A stretch of 64,000 nt of DNA from Azolla caroliniana (taxonomy: Eukaryota > Plantae > Polypodiophyta). Within the stretch, counting starts at the first letter, position 1. Each line of letters begins with the position of its first letter. Positions 13,701 to 24,935 of this stretch are shown piece by piece. The DNA lies in assembly GCA_043228905.1 (NCBI GenBank), contig JBHGNT010000001.1, forward strand, positions 26,970,001 to 27,034,000, given 5' to 3'. Made by a program: the position numbers and the translations under genes. The notes under the pieces were generated by a model. It was given only the letters and a program-made list of their open reading frames with translations, was not told the origin of the DNA and ran no database searches.

Positions 13701-15004
13701 ACTGGTATTTTAAAAGGCCCTGAAAGACAAGAGAGATCTGAAGATAATGTAGAATGAAGCTGAAAATAAAACAAATAATCTGTATGTAAAATTCCTTCTT
13801 GGTGCAATTAGAGTCAATCAGATAACTAGAGCTTTCATCTTTCTGCTCTGGAATCTCACCTGTTGGAAATATGTCATTGCCTCTTCCATCGAGATCAAAC
13901 AGCAGAGGAGGTTCACCCTCCACACCATAGACACAGACTCGATTCGCCAATTTTGCCATAGTAACTTCAGCCTTGTGATTTTAAGCAGGCAAAATGGTCA
14001 ATACAGCATGTGCAAAGTTCAGAAAGAAAAAAACATAAGCTGAATAGAATATACAAAAACATGAATGTGATACCTTTTTTAATAGATTTTCTAGTATAAT
14101 TATCACTAAGATAAATAAAGAGATTGTATGAAAACGAAATTAAATTAACAACAGACTATGTGGATAAACAAACCAACAAAGACATTGAATGCACAAAATC
14201 AAACGAAAATAAGAGAGAGTATGATCGACAAAATGCGAGAAAAACATTTTGCTTCATGTCAGATTAAATAGAAATTTCAGCTATATTCAAGTTTGCTTCA
14301 TAAGGTAAGCTATTTTCAAGTTTTCTTAATAAGGTAACTTATATTCAAGTTCGCTTATGTAGGAATTATAAACAGGAAAGCCAACCAAAGAGAACAGTGA
14401 GAGACTTTGCAGAGAAATGGTGTCTTAACCAAAGAAAACGTTGCACATAAGAAGAAACAGCAGAGAGAGAAAACAAGAGATTTTAGATGTGTTTGGTATG
14501 GAAAAAATGCACAGAGAAATGAATTTTACTTTGGGAGAAAGAATAAGGACCAAAGTTGAAATAGGATTATATAAAAATCAAGTTTTCCTAAGATATAAGA
14601 AATAAATAGAAAACAAACAAATAGAGAGAAGGGAAATTCTTTACATGATTTTCGAAGTGGAAGAATGGAGATAAATGGGAGTACCATCAAAATAATGAAG
14701 CTTCATAGCATTTGATGCAGAGAGATGGGAGATTAGCACAGGACAACTAATAGACTTCCGGAGCAAGAGCGGTTTCTGTTACATGAAATCTACACATGCA
14801 GACGAATAATGCAAAAGAAAGATGAAAACTGAAATATATCGTTTCCATCTTTTCTTCTTGTTTATATACCTTGGGAGGAAGGATGAGGTCTAAATCTGCA
14901 TCAGAAGCGTGAAGAAATCGATTTCTGAGGGACCGACGGAGCTTCTTCCGATCAGCTCCGGAGATCCTCTGATGAGCTCGAACTTCATTGGGCTTCTTGA
15001 ACAT
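7754..15004 (-). CDS. eIF2D: Eukaryotic translation initiation factor 2D (ligatin; Pre-PUA/PUA, SWIB-like and SUI1 domains). Exons 15004-14870, 13971-13860, 13521-13331, 13249-13155, 10040-9606, 9073-8965, 8621-7976, 7878-7754
   Basis: MFKKP...GADRKKLRR; VLGGADLMFPGI (PUA); LDLKKSSHKKLSKWLQ; ERRQGSKKVTRVSG...KKFACSTSV...EVLVQGGVI (SUI1); all GT-AG junctions are phase-consistent. Confidence 0.93.
11180..11850 (+). mobile_element. Degenerate Ty1/copia remnant (integrase trace and RNase H) in eIF2D intron 4, antisense to the gene
   Basis: ASKEAIWL...KHIDVRYHFIRDVLDDG...NPENALTKCLP copia RNase H motif; purine tract aggtgggagg at ~11841. Confidence 0.75.
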
Positions 15005-16738
15005 GGTTTTCTGCGTCTTCGCCTTCGCCTTCTCCTTTCTCTTGCTCACGCCGACGACGGCTATGGCTCGGCACAGAAAATGAAAACTTGGTTTTTTAAC
15101 TCAACCCTGGTTAAACACTTAACCCCGACGAAAACCAAAAAACAAATTCCCAAAATACCCCTGAGTTTTCTTTATTTCCACCGCGGAATGCCCCTGGCCT
15201 ACCCAAAAGAGCAATTCTGGCTAACAACGAAAACACCACCGTCGCCGTATCTCAATATCCCAAGTAAGGCAACACATAAATGTAAAAGGAGGAACGTGGG
15301 TCAATTGTGGTTGCCCCTGTTAAATATTTGCTTGAGACATCATGTGCAATTTGCTCAAGCGAGTGTCAAATTGAAGGCCTTTCAGGAAGTAGCGATAACG
15401 GAGGGACATACATATGAGGAAACAATGAGAACCCCCCCCCCCCCCCGAGTGAGTATGTATTTCAGACTCTTCTTTGTTGACATTCGATCGATATTACTCC
15501 CAGTATATTCTCTATCTATCTATCACTTCCATTTGTCAGTACTCTCTCTCACACACTCTTTTATCGTAATTAGCTTACCCTAGTGGTAAGTTGTTTACAC
15601 TATTAACACTACATCTTAGGTTCAAAACCCAATTATCTCACCTCTCTATTACTCCATCTAGGCTCTCTCTCTCTCTCAATAAAAACACACAAGTATATTG
15701 ATAAAAATGTTTGTGACAAACACTACGTACATTGGGTACCACAATGGAGTCTGATCAACACTACATGCGTAGTGGGACATGTTGAACTCTGCCAATAAGG
15801 AAGACAAACGCTCCATCAAGGAATGAATTTCTATTTGCTCCAATAAAGATGTCATATTAGTGCTTCCTTTAAATTTCAGAGATAGGCTTTGACACCATGC
15901 CTACCATCAAATGCAAAAGCATTGCACATATCCCAATTATGATGCAATCCCCAATATCTAAAAAATAAGAAAACTACCTCCATCTTTGATTTTGGCTCGG
16001 CCTGTGTGAATTATGCAAACACCCATTGCTTGGGTGTCCGTGACAAAACTTGCCAAATTTGAGAAATACAACTCCATAACTGACAAGCAAGTGTACATCG
16101 TATGAAATAATGATTATTATCTTCCACTTGAACAATGCAAAATAAGTAATTACCTATTAGTAGTCCACCTCACTTTAGAGCTAATCCCAAAGGCAAAAAC
16201 CCCCAATCAAAATTCTCCAAATAAAGACATTCGCAACAAGTGGCAATTTAGAATGCCAACTACATTTCAAGATATTCCACCATCCATAATCATAGCTATG
16301 TACTTTCTAGACTTGTAAAGTCTTAGTGTCGAATACAGGTACATAATGGACATATTCACATTGTCCCATTTGGACACACTAGGTTTAGGCTATTTATGTA
16401 AACAGTACAAAGGGCAATTGCCCTAAGTCGATTGGTATTTAAACTGACTCTTGTAACCTAGTATGTGGTGTTGTTGAGGTTGATAGTATCATTCTTGTAT
16501 TGTAACTTTTGGAATAAGACTGTCACATTATGTGCTTCTGTGTCTCTCTTTCTCACACTATGTTTCCTTGATCTTGCTTTAACTTGTTAACTTGGTGATC
16601 TTCTTAGCATAGATGTTGGTCTTGTTTCCGCACTGACGGTCTCAAACTCCAACATCTGGTATCAGAGTTGAGGTTCTTCAACTTGTTGTTGGCCGTTATC
16701 TGACTTCAACATCCTTGTCCCTGTCTTCTTGAAGACCC

Positions 16739-17536
16739 TATTAGGAAACAGGTCCCTCCGGATGGGAAGTGAGAAGAACAGTACTAATGATCAAACTCGG
16801 CCGAGGCCGAAACCGGATGAGGAATACCCGGCAACGGAAGCCCCGGTGAGAACCGGATGAAGCGTACCCAGCAACGGAAGACCCGGCGAGAACCGGATGA
16901 AACGTACCTGGCAATGGAAGCCCCGGTGAGAACCGGATGAAGAGTACCCGACAACGGAAGACCCGATGAGAACCGGATGACGAGTACCCGACAAGAGCCA
17001 GATGGTGAAGACCCGGTGAGAACCAGATGACGTGTGCCCGGCAAGCGCCGGATGATGCAGGCCCGGTGAGGAGTGCTCACTGGATGAAGGGACATATTCG
17101 TAAATATGTTTCTGAGAGTCCATCGAGGCTACATTTGTAAATAGCCAAAAAGTCATATTAGTATAAATATGACTTAATAGGGCAAACTTAGTACAGTGTT
17201 GTTGTCATTCTTGTTGGTGCAAGATTAGAGCGCGTAACTGTGTATAGAGAGAGAGAGAGAGAGGAAGAGGTCGTTGCCTCTGTTGTAACCGCCGCCTGTG
17301 GCGAAGATAGAAAGCTCGAGGTTGTTGCCTCGGTGCTTTACTGTTGTACATTGTAACATAGTGATAGTTTGCAACCTGTGGGCTGCCGTGGTTTTTCTCT
17401 AGTTTGGGTTTTCCACGTAAACATCCTGTGTACTCTTCTCTTCACTGTGTCATGCATTCATTATCCGTTTTCTGTGTTTTGATCCTAGCCTCGGTTGTGG
17501 CTGAGCATTGTGCTAAGGGAGCGTGTGTTCCTGTCA
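16739..17536 (+). mobile_element. Solo LTR copy A (798 bp) with 5-bp TSD GACCC, nested in the copia leader
   Basis: gaccc|tattaggaaa...cctgtca|gaccc; homologous to 22276-22915; 5' TG is mutated to TA. Confidence 0.9.
16811..16980 (+). repeat. 40-bp GC-rich tandem repeat inside solo LTR A
   Basis: aaccggatga...ggaag.ccc...gag units start at 16811, 16851, 16891, 16931 and 16971. Confidence 0.9.
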
Positions 17537-18506
17537 GACCCTAAGTTTAGCAACCATCAAGAGAAGAGAAGAACGACACTAGTCGGTCCGCACTCCACTG
17601 CGTTGGATCACATCCCAAGTAGGCTAGTCGACGATGCCTCATTCCTGTGATCGTAGCCACTTGGAGTGTAACTTACTTCAAGTAAGCCTCATTCATGCCT
17701 CATCAAGTTAAGCAACATTCAGACAGGCCAGTCGACGTTGCCCACTTAATTGTTGTAACCAATCAAAGCAAAATAGGCTTCAAATATGACGTCATTTGTG
17801 CTCCATCCGGCTAGAAGAGATTCGGGAAGACCAGTCGGCTCTGTTCCTCCCTCTATTGTAGCCACTCAGAAACAAGATCATCACCGAAAACAACACACTA
17901 ACACTGTGATTTACACTTTGATCGGTCTAATCCATGCTTAACTCGGTTAAGAAACATTAGGGATGAACTCAATTTGGCTAGGCATCACAACGGAGAGACT
18001 AGTCGGCTCTACTCCACACTTGGTCGTAGTTACTTCGAGTAGAATTGATTGAACAATCGACTAAGTTTGTGTCCAATTCAGCTAGATCAAATTCGGATGA
18101 ACCAACCGGTTGCATCCCCCTCCAAAACAGTTTAACGACCAATCGGATCACATCGAAATGGCCTCAACATCCGGCTCATCAGAGATGAGTCTAAGGAAGT
18201 TCGACATATCAAACTTCAATTTCTGGAAGGAGCAAATCGAAGATTATCTGATAGTCAAAATTTCTCGAAGACATTTCAGTTTTCTTCACTAAATTTTTCC
18301 GACAACGTGGCATCATGTGTTATGGGCATGACCATATAATATCTCGTGGTAAGATTATACCGTAGTATTCTATACACGTGGATAAAGTGTGAGGGTTAAA
18401 CGAGAGTGTAAGGAAGGGGAGGATTACTTTTAATCCTTGGGATTGAGACAACCCATTAAGGCCAAGTGTGAACTTGCATGGGGGGCTTAGGTATGGCTAT
18501 AAATAT

Positions 18507-18742
18507 GAGGTCAATACCTCAATTGACATATCTTTGATATGTGATTTGTGTCGTATGTGTACGACGTTAATACCTCAATTGCGTGTAACATATGTTCTAT
18601 ATTCATACGAGGTCAATACCTCGATTTCTATGTAAACAATATGCGATTTGTGTCGTATGTGTTAGAGATCAATACCTCAATTGCATATTACGATCACCCT
18701 TTTTGGATGTTTCATGTGCGTAGAGGCTATATGCCTCAATTA
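18507..18742 (+). repeat. Array of five short palindromic repeats (GAGGTCAATACCTCAATTG consensus) with 27-39 nt intervening segments
   Basis: Copies at 18507, 18563, 18609, 18665 and 18723, directly after ctataaat. Confidence 0.7.
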
Positions 18743-19834
18743 CGTATCTTGATTACATCATTCGTTGGCTATGTTATGATTTTTTTAAATCCATGCATAT
18801 GTAATCACGTGTATACGTATTTAATTGTATACATGTGACAAACATAAATATGTGTATATTAGTGTTTATTACGTGATTTTGGAATATTGAACGTTGTCCT
18901 TTTCAGGGAAAGGAACTTGGTGGTTGTCCTCACATTTTTTGTGAGAAAGGCATAGTGACCATCATTTAAACAATTATTATTTTTGTTATTCCCCTTGGTC
19001 ACCTTGATTTTACTACATTTTAGAATGGAACGATCATAGCCACAATGATGTTGAGAGTGTAGGGCTTGACCCACTTCATGTGAGGTCGTTCGTATGACAC
19101 ACACATCCAACATTCATCACTCGTTACATGGTTACGATGCCACCATGAGATCATCATGACAGAAGGCATTCGTAAGGACGTAACCATGTGATGGGCCACG
19201 TGGGCCTACTATGAAAAGAGGGCTCGTGTGGCTTGACCATTAGGTTGCACTTTGGGGTATGTCATCGTAATGATGAGACTTGAGGTTGGGTAACGTACTA
19301 ACATAGTTTTCTTGTTAACGAGGGGGCAATAGGGTTTCTAGATACATATGTTTTCTTTTGAAAAACATATATGGGCAAATGCCTTCGCGTATCTCTCATA
19401 CGCATATCAAATATTGATCATTTAATACGAGCAACCTATTTGGTTAGCTCAGGTGTTTAATGGCTTTGTTCTCGAGGTCTCGAGTTCAAATATGACCAAG
19501 ACCATATAACATTACTAATACATACGACTATAAAACATGTTTAGACATTAGGTCTAAGTGCACTTTGGGGTCCTCGTAATAGGACTTAAAGGGCCGAAAC
19601 CACATGGGTGGGCACAGAGACATATAGTTTATTGTTAACATTTTTTTGTGTATAAACTATTCATGACGCAAACATACATGGTTGAGCCTCGAGGAGCCGC
19701 CATGAAAAAATCGATATAGAGATAAGGGAAAGACTTTCATTTGCCACCCCATGGTTTTTAAAACACCTTTGTGTTACCATAGTAACATGATATTTAACCT
19801 CATCTCATACGTCTAGAGGGGTATTGGCATGAGA

Positions 19835-22800
19835 TCATAAAGCAAATAATGCCGAAATTTCGTAATGCTATATATCATGCCGAATGCTTCTCGTTCCATG
19901 GTGGAGTAATTCCTTTCTATTGTCGAGAGTCGGCGGTTGGCGTAGTAGACTGGGTGATACCAATTGGGTGGGGTTTTCTACATTAAAGCACTACCAATCG
20001 CGATATCGGATGCGTCCACGAATACGTGAAAGGGCTCCATCCAATACGGGGGTTGGACTATTGGGGCTTGGGACAACATGACTTTCAGTGATTGGTATGC
20101 AATGTCTTCTCTTCTGTCCATCGAAAAGGTACCGTATGGATTGCTACATGTAAAGGGGTTGCGGAATCAGCAAGGTATCAAAGCATACAACTATGCCACT
20201 GTATTTGGCCCAGAAATCGGTTGAGTGCTTTGGTTGTAGTGGGGGTCGGGGCATTCAAGATGGCTTGCACCTTGTTTGGGTCCATAACGATACCTGCTTT
20301 ACTAACAATGTGACCTAGTAAAGCTCTGCTTGTCACTTGGAAAGCACATTTGGCCGGATTGAGGCTGAGTCGTGCATGCGGACATCTCTTGAGACATAAT
20401 CGTAATTGCGCAAGGTGTTCCGCGTGTTGTCCATAAACAGTGAAGTCATCAAGGAAGACTTGCATAAAGACTAGAAGGAAGTCCTCGAAGATTTTGGAGA
20501 TTATGCATTGAAATGTGGCAGGGGCTGTTTTCAATACGAACATCATAACCACAACCACGAAGACACCCCATTCTGTTATGAAGGTTGTTTTGTCCTGATC
20601 ATCCGGGTGCATGCAAATTTGATTATAGCCACTGAAACCATCAAGGAAACTATAACAATCGTGGCCGGCCACTATATCGAGGATGTTGTCGGTGAATGGA
20701 AGTGGGGAGGCATCCATGATTGTGACGACGTTAAGTTTCCGGTAATCCACACAAACTCGGATTTGTCCATTCTTTTTCGGGACAACCACAATAGGACTTA
20801 GCCATGTAACCCTTCTTATCGGTCGGATGAATCCTACGCATAGTAATTTATCGATTTCGTCTTTTACTTTTGCCACATAGTTGGGATTCATACGGTATCG
20901 TCGTTGTTGAATTGGTCGTGCGTCCGTTTGAAGGTGAATGTGGTGTTGGTAGTACTGAGGATCTAAGCCTTTCATGTTGTTGTAGGACCACGCAAACACG
21001 TCCTGATACTCCGTAAGCAGTCCTATTAAAGCCGATCTGTCACTAGTTGCTAGGTCTTTGGCAATTTTTCCGGTACGTGGCTTGGAAGGTGAGCCGAGGT
21101 TGACCTCTTCTAAAGTGGAGGCTTTTACACGCTGCGATATTGCTAATTCGCGGTCAAGTGCGTCACAGGCTTGTAGAAGTTCTTTTATTGATGCCTGGTC
21201 GGGTTTGTGGGGAACTTCGTGATCGATGGCGTTGGCTACGTAGGGTTCAAAGGCCGAAAGTATGTCGATTTCAAAAAGCGGAACTATCGTAGGGTGCTCA
21301 TCCAGGAACGAGTTCATCTTGTCGTCTGTGAGACCATCTAACATATGGACTCCTTCGGCGTATAATGGGCTATTGTTAGGAGGAGTCAGGGTCTGTGCTT
21401 CCGTAAGAATGCAGACTTTAGTTTTTCCGCACCAAAATGAGATCATGTTACGCTGCCAATGCTACTTGATGTTGGCCGTACGTAGCCATGGACGTCCAAG
21501 CAGGAGGGGGTAATCCCCAGGGGCCTCTAAGTGTAAGATTATGGCTGACACGGTAAAAGCGTGCCCTCCCAAGGTAAATTCCAAGTTTCGGATGAGGCCT
21601 ATCGAGCGTATCGACTGTGTATCCGCCATTCGTAACCAGAATGGACACGGCTCCCATTGAGTGATGTCGATCTTGTTGCATGTCGCTTCGCTGATCACAT
21701 TGACGCCTGACCCACCATCAATAATGCATTCGAAAACTTTGTGACCTCATAAGATGAGTTGTACGACTGGGTTTTGTGAATCTAGGTGAGGAAGTTTTGG
21801 TGTCAAGGCCATGAGGTTTATGGATGGATGCAACGGATCCCGATTTGTGAGTGAATGGACCGTCTCCTTGAAGCGAGGTAACAGGTGGAGCAGTTTATGC
21901 AGCGGCATGGAGATTTGAGAGTCCGCAAATGCTTGCCACCCGGGATCGGTATCTGTGTGATCAGTAGAGCTAGGTTGATCTGAGTGTGCGGTCTATAGTT
22001 GGCCGTGTTTCCGTTCATTGGATTCCGCTATGTCAGCTTTCATACGGTCTATGTTGCTGTTATTTGTTGTATCTACCCAGTCCTTAGCCTGTTGCCGAAC
22101 AGAGTCCTGGATGTCCCACTATGATTGTTGCGTGGTCTTACTACGTGTGGTCACCTGCTGCACGTCGACCGTGATCATGTTTACTGCTGGTGCTTTGCCC
22201 CTATTGTTGGTGGGGCACTCGTTGGCGTAGTGGCCTAGTTGATTACACTTAAAACAAGTGATGGGTGTCGAGGTATGTTAGGAAATAAGTCCCTCCAGAT
22301 GGGAAGTGGAAAGGACAGTGATGATGAGCAAACTCGGCCGAGGCCAGAACCGGATGACGAGTACCCGGCAAGAGCCGGATGGTGAAGACCCGGTGAGAAT
22401 CGGATGACGAGTGCCCGGCAAGCGCCGGATGATGCAGGCCCGGTGAGGAGTGCTCACCGGATGAAGGGACATATTAGTAAATATGTTTCTGAGAGTCCAT
22501 CTGGACTATATTTGTAAATAGCCGAAAAGTCATTTTAGTATAAATATGACTTAGGGCAAACTTAGTGTGATTATGTGGTTGTCATTCTTGTTGGTGCAAG
22601 ATTAGAGCGCGTAACTGTGTATAGAGAGAGAGAGAGAGAGAGGAAGAGGTCGTTGCCTCTGTTGAAACCGCCGCCAGTGGTGAAGATAGCAAGCTCGAGG
22701 TCGTTGCCTCGGTGCTTCACTATTGTACATTCTGATATAGTGATAGTTTGCAGTCTGTGGGATGTCGTGGTTTTTCCCTAGTTTGGGTTTTCCACGTTAA

Positions 22801-24935
22801 CATCCTATGTACTCCTCTCTCCATTGTGTCGTGCATTCTTTCCCTGTTTTCTGTGTTTGATTCTAAGCTTGGTTGTGGCTGAGCGTTGTTCATCGGGAGC
22901 GTGTAGTTCCTGTCAAGGTACTGGGGTCATCGTGCTCAAAGTTTGTGGTTGATCCTCCCGTCCCTGCGGAGAATATCCCTGTAGAGGGTTGCCCCGAGCC
23001 TCCATTGGGGGGTTGCGCCAGTTATTGTCACGATGGTTATCCCAGCAATGATTGTCAAAGTGTTAGCAGTTGCCGAAATTACGGAAGCCACGATAATTTC
23101 GTAGGGCCTCGTGGTCGTAATCCCTACAACAATGGTGGTGATCTTGATGACAGTGTTAGTGCTCGTTCGTGTGGTGTGGCTGATTGGGGTAGCAACAGGG
23201 CTCGGTACGATATTGGTTTTCCTTATTGTAACACGTCGTGTCAAAGGTACCCCCCGGTCGTGTTGTATTGTGGCCGGTTTTCTTCCCATGGTCGTGTCGC
23301 CTCTCTGTTCGGTGGGGGTGGTTGCGCTTGATTGGGATGAGGCTCAATTTGGTGAACTGGGACCAAGTTCGTCCAGTTCAGCATGTTATATTCGCATTGC
23401 TCAACCATGTGGACCCGTGAATGGCAGATGGGGCAGTGTGATCATGAAGGACAATCAAGGGCGGAGTGCCCAGATTTGGCGCATATTGTGCATTGTAACG
23501 CTTGCTGGAACTATGTTTCCTCAGTTGTGGGTAAGGCAGTTTGAAGCGTGCCCATTGCGAATGAATTTTTATGATGTGCCCTATCGAGCGCAAGAACGCG
23601 AGCAACTACTTGCTCGATGGTTTGTTGTGAAAAATCCGTGGCAGCCAACGTTGTGTGTAAAGGCTCATGGAGGCCGGCCAGGAACGTATCCTTGAGATGG
23701 TTGTTTGAGACATCCTATGCTAGTTGGCGGTAGAGATCTGGAAATCAGAGAACAAAGTGGGATACGATTTCATTGGGTGCCTGTGTGATTGTGTAAAATT
23801 GCCGAAGCAACTCCCGTTTGGGAATCTCTCAGTGGAATAATTCTAGAAACTACATGCGGACATCCTGGAATGTGGTGAACTCCCCAGGATCGTGCCGGGA
23901 AAACTAGCATGGAGCGGGGCCATCGAGGGAGAGGGTGAATTTGGCGATTTTGGAAGCGTCGATCTCCGCGTCCGTGAGCCGTTGTGTTGAATGGTTGGCT
24001 TGCCACGTGTTGAGAAAGGAGCAAATGTGAGCTTCGGCATCCGGGCCATCCGTGTAACGAACATAGGGGTGATAAGGCATTGTATCAAGATCTGGGTCGT
24101 CCGGAAGGGCCGGGAACGGGTTGCGCTCCGGTGGAGGTGAGACTTCCGGAGGACTGGGAGGGGTAGCAATATCAAGACCGATAGGTGACTGTGAATCTGG
24201 GATTATTGGTGGCGAAGATTGGGTTTCGGGATGGACTGAGGGCGAGGCTCGCGATTTCGGGGACGAATGTTAGGTGAGCACGGAAGCGGTCGTCTCCTCG
24301 GTAGGCTCAGTGCGGCAAGACGGTGGGCAAGAACAAGTACTTCTGTTGGGCATCGTACTGGCGACTGGCATTACCACCACGTGAGTTCGTTGTGTTACAC
24401 AACGTGAACCGGCCATGCCAAATTGTGTTGCCTTTCTGTTCGGAGGCTACACCTTCGATTCCTAACCAAAATCGGACCAAAGGACTGTGGTACATGGTGG
24501 TCGAAATCGCTTTTATGAAACGGGAGGGAACCCTACAGATTACGTAAGAGAAAGCATTGGTTTATGTATACACGATAGGGAGAGATAGATTACTTACAAT
24601 TATTAAAAGCGAACAGTGACACAACATAGACCCAACACTGTTTAGATTATAGAATGAGAAATGATTACAGTTACACGGCTATCTGCCGGAATGTATCAGA
24701 TACACTATAGTATGATTAATTACGTAATAACCTCATACTTCTCTCCTATATATCTCTCTTTTTTTCTTCGATCTGATGCTCCTTATATATATGTTCCTTG
24801 GCGCGCTCCTTCTCCTTTCACGTTTACGACTGTGTTTAGTTTTGGCTGCTTCTGATTGCTTTCGGTTGTTTTACCTACTGTTACCTAATACCTATTATGT
24901 TTCACATATGATACTATGTTGGCCCACGGACAACA
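19835..24935 (-). mobile_element. 3'-truncated, degenerate Ty3/gypsy LTR retrotransposon (5' LTR ~24935-24426, gag with zinc knuckle, protease, RT, RNase H)
   Basis: CFKCNQLGHYANEC knuckle (~22215-22260); IIDGGSGVNVI protease; WLSPIVVVPKK...RVCVDYRKLN, LDGFSGYNQI and FLDDF in RT; VFVDASDIAIG...RNYSTMERE in RNase H; tgttgtc...ggcaaca LTR ends, then a tggcatggcc PBS-like motif; stops and frameshifts present. Confidence 0.9.
22276..22915 (+). mobile_element. Solo LTR copy B (640 bp) with 5-bp TSD AGGTA, inserted in the gypsy gag in opposite orientation
   Basis: aggta|tgttaggaaa...cctgtca|aggta. Confidence 0.92.

Larger units (their letters stand above)
16314..18260 (+). mobile_element. Truncated Ty1/copia element: 5' LTR (~16314-16654), tRNA-iMet PBS, leader interrupted by a solo LTR, then gag N-terminus
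   Basis: TG...CA LTR followed by tggtatcagag at 16657-16667; MASTSGSSEMSLRKFDISNFNFWKEQIEDYLIVK resembles the copia gag start; ends abruptly. Confidence 0.75.

Noticed and set aside
14909-15583. 224-aa plus-strand ORF
   Set aside because: GTG start, antisense to eIF2D exon 1 and promoter, no recognisable domain
18507-18742. CRISPR array
   Set aside because: Eukaryotic context, no cas genes, degenerate repeats, and the 'spacers' are related to each other
16739-22915. Single full-length LTR element bounded by the two similar LTRs and containing the RT
   Set aside because: Each LTR has its own distinct TSD; the internal pol is on the opposite strand and its gag continues beyond the second LTR
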